A stretch of 64,000 nt of DNA from Spirochaetia bacterium (lineage in GTDB: Bacteria; Spirochaetota; Spirochaetia; SP-2023): positions 1,280,001 to 1,344,000 of the forward strand of contig OZ253665.1 in assembly GCA_965263295.1 (NCBI GenBank), given 5' to 3'. The position numbers were made by a program, and so were the translations under genes. Each line of letters opens with the position of its first letter. Positions within the stretch are counted from its first letter, which is position 1. Shown piece by piece: positions 19,001 through 27,280 of the stretch. The notes under the pieces are model-generated. The model saw only the letters and a program-made list of their open reading frames with translations. It ran no database searches and was not told where the DNA came from.

Positions 19001-19800
19001 AGATAGATCGGCTGTCCACCGCGCTCGGTAACTACTAGGTCCTCCATCTCGTAGAGTGTCAGCTGGTCTTTCTTGAAGCGCAAGTCGACCCACTCGTTCG
19101 AGATGGCAATATTGGCGATTGAGCTGCTTTTGTTTGTGCTCGAAATGCCATTGGCGACCTGGGCCGGGCTGATGCCATATTGCCGCATCTTTGCGCGATC
19201 CAGGGTGACATTGCTGACCAATTGCTCAACAGCTACACTTTCGACCTGAGCCACCCCCTTAATGCCGCGGAAACGCGGCACCAGATCGCGTTCAATCAGT
19301 TGGAAAATACTGTCAGCAGGCAAGGTATTGGAGGCAAATCCTAAATAGATTGTGCCACCTCCACTGTCGTTAGTATAGGAATATACCTCATAATCGTCCC
19401 GGCTATCTTCGGGCAGCGACTGGGCCAGGGAGCTGAACGTTTGTTCCACGCGGCGTTTGGCGTCGGCGTTGTCTATGCCCCAGTCAAAGGTCAGCTCATA
19501 TCCCACGCTATACCCGTAATCGCCGCGAACTTCACTGACGCCGTCGAGATTCCCCAGGCTTTCTTCAATCTGTTCGCCATAACTACTGTAAAAGTCGCTG
19601 GGGGGCAGGCCGGAACTCGGCACATAGATAGAGACTCGCGGGCGCTCTACCCCAGGGTAGAGACCGACACTGAGCTTGCGGCCGAGGTAGCCCCCCGCCA
19701 CGAGACATAGCAGCAGCAGCAGGACCACAATGCGGCGCTGGGCCAGAATGTGATACACATAACTGTGGCGGGCCTGCCGCAGTAGGGGGGAGTCGTTCAT
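16066..19800 (-). CDS. RND efflux transporter permease subunit
   Basis: SINMISLGG...GMVVDASIVVTENI, STLTSVVVFLPL, GIAVNNAIIMIDF, RLTPILITMFTTLLGMLPIAL, PLGIAVAGGL. Confidence 0.93.
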   Translation of the reverse strand: MNDSPLLRQARHSYVYHILAQRRIVVLLLLLCLVAGGYLGRKLSVGLYPGVERPRVSIYVPSSGLPPSDFYSSYGEQIEESLGNLDGVSEVRGDYGYSVGYELTFDWGIDNADAKRRVEQTFSSLAQSLPEDSRDDYEVYSYTNDSGGGTIYLGFASNTLPADSIFQLIERDLVPRFRGIKGVAQVESVAVEQLVSNVTLDRAKMRQYGISPAQVANGISSTNKSSSIANIAISNEWVDLRFKKDQLTLYEMEDLVVTERGGQPIYLKDIADIKIRYEPYEWISRIDGRTNVLVFVNPENGADLRLISRSLDQIIAQAQSHGTLMSQVRMQRILDPADYINLAIRNVVYAGFSGAILAILVVIIFLGQLRNIVMIAFSIPLTIVMSLSLLYYMGVSINMISLGGMTIATGMVVDASIVVTENIHRIRLQEPQLRAWQVVACATRQVWLPVLASTLTSVVVFLPLSFTAPLAEAILGDLAQTIVFALLCSLIIALLVVPVLAFYMFRPQDALGDGRHSAYQAGRLERLSERFAGLLTAAYHRVLRAFLARRGAQWLFISASIVLFALSLFILGPRIRQTIIGTPSSNRVVVWFKFEPGYEDQEAVVAFIDGVTKEIYDVLGAKVESVFSQSGNKSSMLSIITLSSSRHGAAALQALQQHFDERLKEFLQQKKQKGRQEAQAGGEAGAPEAMAGAADKPARGASAADMANGQSPGIQNAELEFDPAKEYHFQAFPWDPVELPLPKTQDLRLEFRGTETTQVLESLRAVTRLIDEDQKERVEAAQKALAVALAARQKQQETDKDELKENQGNRDADQQSQVSAEENPDGKNSEAADSQAGDSGATEEREAETSEEAVDADEPQEQLDVEDFMQGYRYYIDSEPSSLKGQPVLNLVARRGMIEKFSGLNLQNELSYSLQTTVKDLKVQGDKGSDTRTVQIRNPRVRNRDYQSIYNYPVQVSVDEGIQYIPLHHFVTFERDEQESSIASVDGARQFYIALYLDTEDPATPTQINAAKQDLEQLLAANPDVVMPGVSYNWFDTKKDIQDAIRSLGTALAIALLLVFALMCAQFSSYRYPLIILVTVPLGITGSIFFLWLCDSSISLNSLLGMILLGGIAVNNAIIMIDFVLLTLKERCAAAGQRSFAQLKRESIAHACSLRLTPILITMFTTLLGMLPIALALGDGMNVLQPLGIAVAGGLAVSTMFTLFMIPCLLNLIPTKRDRQLSLTLLQEYGPENMTKVDSEGDWC

Positions 19801-19848
19801 CGCAAGTTTTACTTACCTTGTACAGTCGCTCTCAGGTTTCCGCGGTTT

Positions 19849-20787
19849 TCAGTCCCGCGCAGCGGGACTTGAGTCTGTGCCCGTAGCGCTTTCGTCTGTA
19901 AACTCGTCGGAACCTAGTTGTTGCCCTTCCTTGACGATGACCCCGTTTAGTTCCGAGATATAGCGCTGACCCGCTTCCAGACCGTCGCGCACGCGCCAGA
20001 ATTCGTTGCGGCGCACATCGAGCTGAACCTGTTTAAGTGAAATTTTGTTCTCACCATCGACAAGCCAGACGGATTCTTTGCCATGGCGGCGCACTATCGC
20101 GCCGACAGGAATATAGAATCCCTCGGTAAAACTGAGCTGGCCGCTGGCAATCACAAACTTGCCGCCGTAAAGCTTGGAGTTGGGCGCAAAGGAGATGTCA
20201 ATCGGAAATAATCCCTGTTCGGTGGGAATGTAGTCGCGCTGCCACAGGCGGCCGGCAATCAGGTTGTCCGCACTCAAGTTGTCGCGTTTGCCGTCTAGGT
20301 GAATGTAAAAAGGTGTGTCGCTGTCGAGCAGCGGGAAATCGACGTCACTGATGTAATTACGGAGCAGGAGCGTGCTTTGATCGACAACCTGCAGGGCGGC
20401 TTCACTGGTGCCAACCATCTGCTGAGGCTTAATGGCTAGGCGAGAGACTATGCCAGAACTGCGCGCGTAGACCACGCTGATGCGGAATATTTTACCCCGC
20501 AAATCAATGGGCAAGACACTAAACAGTTTATCACCAGTGCGCACTCGTTGCCCTGAGCGCACATAGATTTCCTGGACCTCGCCAGATGCCACCGGATAAT
20601 GGCTTATGATCCGAATGGGCTGCAGTTGGCCTTGCAGTGGCAATTGCTGTGGCAATTTCTGCATTTGCAAGGTTTCTACCGTAACCTTCTGGGCCGGCAG
20701 CAAGGCGCCGCCAGCCCACAGCAGCGCACAGCACAACGCGGGCGCCCAATTTATAGCTGGGAAGTATCTAATGATATTGTGGGGCAT
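19849..20787 (-). CDS. RND efflux periplasmic adaptor (membrane fusion protein)
   Basis: Lipoyl-like SGEVQEIYVRSGQRVRTGDKLF; IPVGAIVRRHG...VWLVD...GLEAGQRYI; first gene of the tripartite operon. Confidence 0.85.
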   Translation of the reverse strand: MPHNIIRYFPAINWAPALCCALLWAGGALLPAQKVTVETLQMQKLPQQLPLQGQLQPIRIISHYPVASGEVQEIYVRSGQRVRTGDKLFSVLPIDLRGKIFRISVVYARSSGIVSRLAIKPQQMVGTSEAALQVVDQSTLLLRNYISDVDFPLLDSDTPFYIHLDGKRDNLSADNLIAGRLWQRDYIPTEQGLFPIDISFAPNSKLYGGKFVIASGQLSFTEGFYIPVGAIVRRHGKESVWLVDGENKISLKQVQLDVRRNEFWRVRDGLEAGQRYISELNGVIVKEGQQLGSDEFTDESATGTDSSPAARD

Positions 20788-21071
20788 GAGCTCGGCATTC
20801 CAGTCAACGGCTGTTCAAAACTCGGCAGAGGATAAAATACCTTCAATCTCAAGTCAAGGAGTTATCACAAGTTCCCGGTGTTGTCAAATTCATTCGCCCA
20901 ATTCAGATGAAATAATGGTGAAATAGTTATGAACTAACGGACTCAGATGGATTATGAATTTTGCTTGCACCATGCCGTTAGTCCAGTTAGAATCGCGCCA
21001 AAATAAATTGACAAAAGTAGAGCGGCAAATGGACCTGGTTCGCGAAATCTTGCTTTTAAAAGGATAATATT

Positions 21072-22490
21072 GTGGCATTTTATCTGACGTGTCTTTTGCT
21101 CGCGTCCATTATTTTTATTGTCGTGGCCACCAGCAAGCTCCACATTCACCCATTTATATGTTTGATTATGGCTTCTTTCATCGTTGCCTTTGGAGTAGCC
21201 ATCCCACAGGCAAATGGCTACTTACTTTTTACAGAAAAGCCCCCGATCAATTTTCAAGTTATTGCCGAAATTATCCGAGCTGGCTTTGGCGGCATCATCG
21301 AACACATCGGCATTGTCATCGTCTTAGGTGCCATTATTGGTGTCATTTTGGAAAAATCGTTAGCCAGCATCAAAATGGCCGATTTTATCCTCAAATTAGT
21401 TGGTCCCAAAAGGCCGGCACTGGCAATGAGTCTCATTGGCTGGCTCGTCTCAATACCGGTATTTTGTGACTCGGGATACGTTATCTTGTCCAGCTTGAGA
21501 AAAAGTGTGACCAGAAAATCAAAAGTTAGCGCCGTAACGATGAGCGTCGCCTTGGCTACGGGCCTTTACGCATCCCACACCTTGGTGCCACCGACACCTG
21601 GCCCCATTGCGGCAGCTGGTAATTTGAATCTGCAAGATTCCCTTGGCTCTATCATTCTTGTCGGCAGTTTCGTTTCTGTTTTTTCCATGCTTGCCGGTTT
21701 CTTCTGGGCCAAATACATCGGTCAAAAAATTGAAATTGAAGAAGATTTTGAAAATGCCAGACGGGCACGCGAATCAGCTCAGAACATAGACCCGGCCGAA
21801 GTCACAGAGGAATCTGCACCATTGCCTTCGACATTTATGGCGTTTGCACCTATTTTAATTCCCATCATTTTACTTTCATTGGGAACCATAGTGAAGTTTA
21901 TTTATCCCGCCGGCTCCGGCTTTGGCTGGGGTCTATTTGCATTTCTGGGAAAGCCCGTAAATGCTTTAATGATCGGTTTCTTTGTATCGCTAAAACTTTT
22001 GCCCAATTGGAACAAAGAGACTTTGACCGGCTGGATTGGCGAGGGGGTCAAAACAGCTGGTCCCATCATTTTAGTTACGGGCGCGGGCGGGGCTTTCGGA
22101 GCAGTGATTCAAGCAACTCCGATGGCAGAAATTATTGGCGACAATCTGGCGCACTGGGGGCTGGGGCTTTTGGTGCCTTTCATTATTGCTGCCGCATTAA
22201 AGACCGCCCAGGGCTCCTCTACCACCGCTTTGGTTGTCACATCCTCTTTAATCGCACCGCTGCTTGACGACTTGGGTCTAAATTCAAGCATGGGCGCCGT
22301 TTTAACGGTGATGTCCATTGGTGCCGGTGCCATGACCGTATCGCACGCCAATGATTCATACTTCTGGGTCGTGGCCCAATTTACCGGCATGGAAACCGAG
22401 ACAGCTTACAAAACACAAACTGTCGCCACACTGATTCAGGGACTCGTGACTATAATCGTAGTCATCTCACTCGGTTTATTCTTGTTATAA
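21072..22490 (+). CDS. GntP family (gluconate/glycerate:H+ symporter-like) permease
   Basis: KLHIHPF, IPVFCDSG, LVPPTPGP, KTAQGSST, SHANDSYFWV. Confidence 0.92.
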   Translation: MAFYLTCLLLASIIFIVVATSKLHIHPFICLIMASFIVAFGVAIPQANGYLLFTEKPPINFQVIAEIIRAGFGGIIEHIGIVIVLGAIIGVILEKSLASIKMADFILKLVGPKRPALAMSLIGWLVSIPVFCDSGYVILSSLRKSVTRKSKVSAVTMSVALATGLYASHTLVPPTPGPIAAAGNLNLQDSLGSIILVGSFVSVFSMLAGFFWAKYIGQKIEIEEDFENARRARESAQNIDPAEVTEESAPLPSTFMAFAPILIPIILLSLGTIVKFIYPAGSGFGWGLFAFLGKPVNALMIGFFVSLKLLPNWNKETLTGWIGEGVKTAGPIILVTGAGGAFGAVIQATPMAEIIGDNLAHWGLGLLVPFIIAAALKTAQGSSTTALVVTSSLIAPLLDDLGLNSSMGAVLTVMSIGAGAMTVSHANDSYFWVVAQFTGMETETAYKTQTVATLIQGLVTIIVVISLGLFLL

Positions 22491-22711
22491 TCCTACGAAA
22501 TGAGGGGAAGCCATCATGGCTGGACTCAAGTGCGCCTTCAGTCAAGCTTTGTGCCCCGATCGCGATTGGAAACAGCATTGACATTGGAAACAGCGCGATT
22601 GAAACCGAAAGGTTCTTGTTGCAATTCAAATGTGCTAATGCCCGGTCTTAGTCAGTCGACAGGGAAGCGGGTTTTTTAGTTTAGTATGTTAGCAAGTTCA
22701 AGACCCCCAAA

Positions 22712-23836
22712 TTATCTGTAATATATCTGTGTTAGATTTCTGTACGAAGTCGATAAATCTTTCTTCATTACCTCTGTATTTGTTTCCACAGATATACTGA
22801 ATCTTTCCAGGCTCTTACCCAGGGTGAAGAGAGAATCGTATTTAATAACTCCCAAATTAAGGCCATGTTCCAATTCAAGTGCGTTCGGGGTTCCTTTCTT
22901 CACACAAACTAGGCCTCTATTTGCCCGCAAGTAAGTTCTTGCACTGGAAACGCCTCCACGGCCTTGTAGCACAAAGTGGGAGCAAGACATAATAATACAA
23001 GTATAAACCAGCGAGTTAGTACGGGAATAATAGCTAATATCAATTATTGACTTTGCAAAAAACTTTATAAATATACAATACATATCTATTATTATTATTC
23101 TCTGTATTTTATTTGAGGGATCGACAAAAAGAATAATTTTATACTTATTCGATATCCGGGAAACAAGCAAACCATTGATAAATGCGATTACTTCAACCAG
23201 GTTAAAACAACCCCGTTTACTCCCCAGCAGAATTTTATTTTCCTGTACGTCATGAACAGTATTTTGCGCCAGTATTTCACCAAACAGCTTTGTGTGGACA
23301 ACCGGCATTGTTGAGAATGGATCGCGTGCTTCAATTATATTAAAGTCGCTTCTCCGCAAAATCTTTTCCAGCGGCCTTCTAAAAGCACCCCCATTAGTGA
23401 TAAAGTTTTTAATAAACGGAAGCATATAAATATCATCTTCACCAATACGCAATTCTTCACAAGGCATAATCTGCCCAAACCGTTTTATAGATTTCTTCCA
23501 CCTAGCCACTTCATCATCAGTAAGAAAGACATACATCCTCTCTATTGTTGAACTATCAAGGTCATACAAGTCCCGGCACACATAACTATTAAAAATAGTG
23601 AAAGACAAAAATGTTATGGAACTACTGAGTGAAATAGCTTCCACATCAGCCTTATTGTATGAAACAATGGGAATTTTTATGTAGGCCGGCAATGTAAAGT
23701 TGTCTTCATCATCCAAGGTAAGAAATACAAACCTACTGGATTGTAAACCACAACCAGTAACCAATACATCAATATACAAGTTAGTAAAAACATGGTTGGA
23801 TTTACCCACTATTACATGCTTCTCCAAATAATCCAT
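22712..23836 (-). CDS. Hypothetical protein, AT-rich; possibly a glycosyltransferase (WecF/GT56-like C-terminus)
   Basis: 374-aa ORF with RBS GAGGTG just after the permease stop; weak resemblance by eye of YTCIIMSCSHFVLQGRGG...KGTPN to WecF. Confidence 0.65.
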   Translation of the reverse strand: MDYLEKHVIVGKSNHVFTNLYIDVLVTGCGLQSSRFVFLTLDDEDNFTLPAYIKIPIVSYNKADVEAISLSSSITFLSFTIFNSYVCRDLYDLDSSTIERMYVFLTDDEVARWKKSIKRFGQIMPCEELRIGEDDIYMLPFIKNFITNGGAFRRPLEKILRRSDFNIIEARDPFSTMPVVHTKLFGEILAQNTVHDVQENKILLGSKRGCFNLVEVIAFINGLLVSRISNKYKIILFVDPSNKIQRIIIIDMYCIFIKFFAKSIIDISYYSRTNSLVYTCIIMSCSHFVLQGRGGVSSARTYLRANRGLVCVKKGTPNALELEHGLNLGVIKYDSLFTLGKSLERFSISVETNTEVMKKDLSTSYRNLTQIYYR

Positions 23837-23845
23837 TTAACACCT

Positions 23846-25093
23846 CTACCTCAATTTTTGCTCTTCCTTGGGATTAAAGCCTGCTTTTCTGATAATATCG
23901 TCGATGTCCTGCGTGCGCAATGACTGCGGATAAAAGACCTTTTTTGTTCTAAGATCGACAGAGCCCGGAATGCCGGCCTTCTGGAGGCAGGCTTCCAGTC
24001 GGTTCTTGCAGTCATGACATTCCATGTCCGGCACTTTAATAAAAGTCATGGCTGCGCCCCGACCTTTTATCTTCCACTTTTCTAAAGCATTCTGCATTCT
24101 TCTGATTAGAGGTTTCAACAGAAAGATCATCAGGAACAGCGCAATACCATAGTCAAGAATGGAGTGGTGGCTGTGCTGCTTCGTGGGATGTGCCAACTCG
24201 GAAACGCCGAGAGATTGGTACAGAAAATCTGCGGCATATCCGGTGAGCATTGAGGCCACAATTAAAAATCCGACATAGTAGCAGAGCTCCCTGCGGGTAA
24301 AAATGCTGCGCAGCATGACCATGGCACTGACGTTAAAGACCGGGCCAGCAGTCAGAAATACAAAGATATCCCCGATGCTCAGACCCTTGAGCAATAAACT
24401 GTAGGCGAGGGGCACGGAAGCGGTCGCGCAGACGTAGAGGGGCAGTCCGAGAACGAGCATGAACAAATGAGAGAAAAAACTCAGCTGCAAGACAGAGTTT
24501 TCCAGCAAGTTGTCCGGGAGGAAAAAACCCACCGAGGCTCCCAAAATCACGCCGCAAATATAGCGCATTGACATTTCACTGTTTAAGAAACGCACAAAGC
24601 TATAGTTGAAAGCCTCTTGGATATTGGGCCAGTTAAGCGCCTTCCTGGATTCTCTGGGTGTCTTCCCGTCGTCTTGTACTCGTCCTTCTCTTTGGGAGAC
24701 AGCGTGACGTTCCATAAAGAAGCCCCCTAGCACGCCCGTGATCAGGGCGCTCAGAACCCGAAACACAGCCGCGAATGGGCCTAAAATGCCGTAATACATA
24801 GTCACGGAATCCACGCCGGTCATCGGTGTGGAGATAAGGAAGGACGCCACCGCACCTTTGGACGCCCCGCGTTCCTGCAAAAATTTGGCTGTAGGTATAA
24901 CGCCACAACTGCACAGCGGCAGGGGAATGCCCAACGCGGTGGCCTTGATGCAGCTCCATCTCCCGCTCAAGTGCCGCAGAACCATCTCTTTTGTCAACAA
25001 AAGCTGGAAAATAGCGACAAATACCAGCCCCAATGTGAAGTAAAAAGAAACTTCCACGTAGTATTCCCATAAATACGATAAGAACATGGTCAT
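23846..25093 (-). CDS. DUF318/SO_0444-family metal permease with a C-terminal HMA-like domain
   Basis: GIPLPLCSCGVIP, FLISTPMTGVDS, PLYVCATASVP, FLTAGP, His-rich HPTKQHSHH, C-terminal VPDMECHDC. Confidence 0.9.
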   Translation of the reverse strand: MTMFLSYLWEYYVEVSFYFTLGLVFVAIFQLLLTKEMVLRHLSGRWSCIKATALGIPLPLCSCGVIPTAKFLQERGASKGAVASFLISTPMTGVDSVTMYYGILGPFAAVFRVLSALITGVLGGFFMERHAVSQREGRVQDDGKTPRESRKALNWPNIQEAFNYSFVRFLNSEMSMRYICGVILGASVGFFLPDNLLENSVLQLSFFSHLFMLVLGLPLYVCATASVPLAYSLLLKGLSIGDIFVFLTAGPVFNVSAMVMLRSIFTRRELCYYVGFLIVASMLTGYAADFLYQSLGVSELAHPTKQHSHHSILDYGIALFLMIFLLKPLIRRMQNALEKWKIKGRGAAMTFIKVPDMECHDCKNRLEACLQKAGIPGSVDLRTKKVFYPQSLRTQDIDDIIRKAGFNPKEEQKLR

Positions 25094-25118
25094 CCTCCAT
25101 ACCTCCAACTTTTTAAAC

Positions 25119-25154
25119 TAAATAAAAGAATATATGTTCTTTTATTTATGTCAA
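25119..25154 (-). promoter_or_regulatory. Palindromic operator (ArsR/SmtB-like) overlapping the permease promoter
   Basis: Perfect 12-6-12 inverted repeat TAAATAAAAGAA-tatatg-TTCTTTTATTTA (25119-25148), abutting TTGACA (25149-25154, minus strand) with TATTCT 16 bp downstream. Confidence 0.7.
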
Positions 25155-25266
25155 GTGTATTTCTATAACTTCAAAATTCTTCTATTGACAAACAAATAAT
25201 TAGTAGACATTAATTTATCATAATTTATCATTGGCGGGCAGCGTTTCGCCAACAAAGGGGTATGAT

Positions 25267-25841
25267 ATGTCTGATCGGCAAGCAGATTCGGCAACTTGGG
25301 AGATCGGTCTCATCGGCGGGGCAGAGAAACGCGACATCCGCATAGTGGAACACAACCCCGCGTGGGGCCAAATCTTCTGGCGCCACGTGGATCGGATCGA
25401 CGCAGCACTTTTCGGGCTTGCGCACCAGGTTGAACATATTGGCTCAACTGCAGTCAGTGGCCTGCCGGCGAAACCGATCATAGATATCCTCCTTGTGTCG
25501 TGCCCGACTCAGCCGAAGAGGCAGCGTACCTGCCTCAACTGCTCAATGTCGGCTATCAGCTGCGGGCAAGGGAACCAGACTTCCACGAACACCGGATGGT
25601 CCGAACGCCGCAGCGCGATGTGCATGTGCACGTATTCTCGAAAGGCAACGTCGAAATTGAACGCTACAGACTCTTCCGAGACCACTTGCGCGCGAATACC
25701 AAATGCCGTGACGAATACGCACGGCTTAAGCGTGATCTGATCGCCCAATCGCAAGGGGATATGGAAGCCTACGCCGGAGCAAAGACAGACTTTGTCGAGC
25801 ACGTCATCGCTCTCGCAAGACACGCGATGAATCAAAAATAA
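25267..25841 (+). pseudogene. GrpB family protein, frameshifted
   Basis: The N-half (IVEHNPAW...EHIGSTAVSGLPAKPIIDILLV) and C-half (HVHVF...FRDHLR...EYARLK...YAGAKTDFV) are in different frames; the break is at about 25495-25500. Confidence 0.85.
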
Positions 25842-25932
25842 ACTTGATCTGTTCAAAGCGTGATGGTAATATATCGGAGTATTTTGCTATAATTTAATCA
25901 ATAAAAATATTTCAAAATGAAAAGAGGAAATT

Positions 25933-27162
25933 ATGTTACCGTTAAAAAATGACCCCGCCATTATGGGGCTCCTGTCTGTGATTATCGGGGCCGTTTTTGT
26001 TACCCATGCCAGCTCGCATCCCTTTTGGAAGAAGCTGTACAGCTTCTTCCCCAGCGTACTCCTGCTTTGGTTTCTGCCCTCCATTTTCCACAGCGCGGGC
26101 CTGATTGATACCTCGGAGTCGAGGTTGTATTTTTTTGCCAGTCGCTACCTGCTCCCTGCCGGGCTGATTCTGATGATTATCTCGGTCGACTTGAAGAAGT
26201 TCATAGGACTTGGTCCCAAAGCCTGTGCGATGTTTTTGACGGGCACTCTGAGTATCATGATTGGAGGTCCTCTCGCTATCCTGATCATTGATCAGATAGC
26301 CCCCAGTCTGGTTGACGGCGATGTCTGGCGCGGTTTGACAACCCTGGCGGGGTCCTGGATTGGAGGTGGAGCCAACCAGGCCGCAATGAAGGAAGTATTT
26401 GTGGTTGACGATAAACTATTTTCTGCCTTGGTTGCCGTTGACGTTATCTGCGCCGCGTTGTGGATGGCCATCCTGTTGATCGCGTCGGGCCAGGACGAAA
26501 AAATTAATGCCTGGCTAAAAGCCGACACAAGCGCCATTGAAAAACTAAAATTCACGGTCAGCCAGTACGAAAAAGAAAACGCCAGGCCAGTGACAACCAC
26601 GGACATGATGAAAATCATTGCCATTGCCTTCGCCCTGACGGGACTGGCCCATTTCTTCAGCGACATAATTGCGCCACAAATTGAAATGAGAGCGCCCGGA
26701 TTGGCCCGGTATTCCCTCACCAGCCGGTTCTTCTGGTTGATGGTGCTGGCCACCACCTTTGGCCTGATCGCATCGAGATATAAAGCAGTACGCAATTTGG
26801 AGAACGCGGGGGCTTCAAAAATCGGACAGGCGTTTATCTATATTCTAGTCGTGACCATTGGTATGAATATGGATATCCTCGCCATGAAGGACAGTCCGGG
26901 ATACTTCTTCATCGGTATTCTTTGGTTGGCGATTCATGCTGCGCTCATGATTTTAATGGCGAAAATTATTCGTGCGCCCTTGTTTTTCCTGGCTGTAGGC
27001 AGTGAAGCCAATGTCGGTGGGGCTGCGTCCGCACCGGTAGTCGCAGCGGCCTTTCATCCCACGTTGGTTCCGGTAGCCGTTATACTCGCAGTCTTGGGCT
27101 ACGTGCTGGGCACATATGGCGCTTACATTACGGGCCTGATCATGCAGGCCGCCGCCAGCTGA
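25933..27162 (+). CDS. DUF819 family membrane protein
   Basis: LAGSWIGGGANQAAMKE and GSEANVGGAASAPVVAAAFH motifs; many TM helices. Confidence 0.88.
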   Translation: MLPLKNDPAIMGLLSVIIGAVFVTHASSHPFWKKLYSFFPSVLLLWFLPSIFHSAGLIDTSESRLYFFASRYLLPAGLILMIISVDLKKFIGLGPKACAMFLTGTLSIMIGGPLAILIIDQIAPSLVDGDVWRGLTTLAGSWIGGGANQAAMKEVFVVDDKLFSALVAVDVICAALWMAILLIASGQDEKINAWLKADTSAIEKLKFTVSQYEKENARPVTTTDMMKIIAIAFALTGLAHFFSDIIAPQIEMRAPGLARYSLTSRFFWLMVLATTFGLIASRYKAVRNLENAGASKIGQAFIYILVVTIGMNMDILAMKDSPGYFFIGILWLAIHAALMILMAKIIRAPLFFLAVGSEANVGGAASAPVVAAAFHPTLVPVAVILAVLGYVLGTYGAYITGLIMQAAAS

Positions 27163-27280
27163 AAACCCGGTGCGCAGAACAAAACCCGCAAAATAAATCT
27201 TTCCAAAATGACAATTGGAAGCGACTAGACAGGGGCTAAAAATCCATTCGCCCCTCTTGTTCCGCAGGAGTTGCATTGCC

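Noticed and set aside
20931..20992. attC-like ACTAACGG...CCGTTAGT inverted repeat before gntP
   Set aside because: It does not fit RYYYAAC/GTTRRRY well, it is a single copy, and there is no integron integrase in the window
22561..22606. CRISPR-like ATTG(G)AAAC words
   Set aside because: The units are 12 bp or less with 6-nt or shorter spacing, there are no regular spacers, and no cas genes are present
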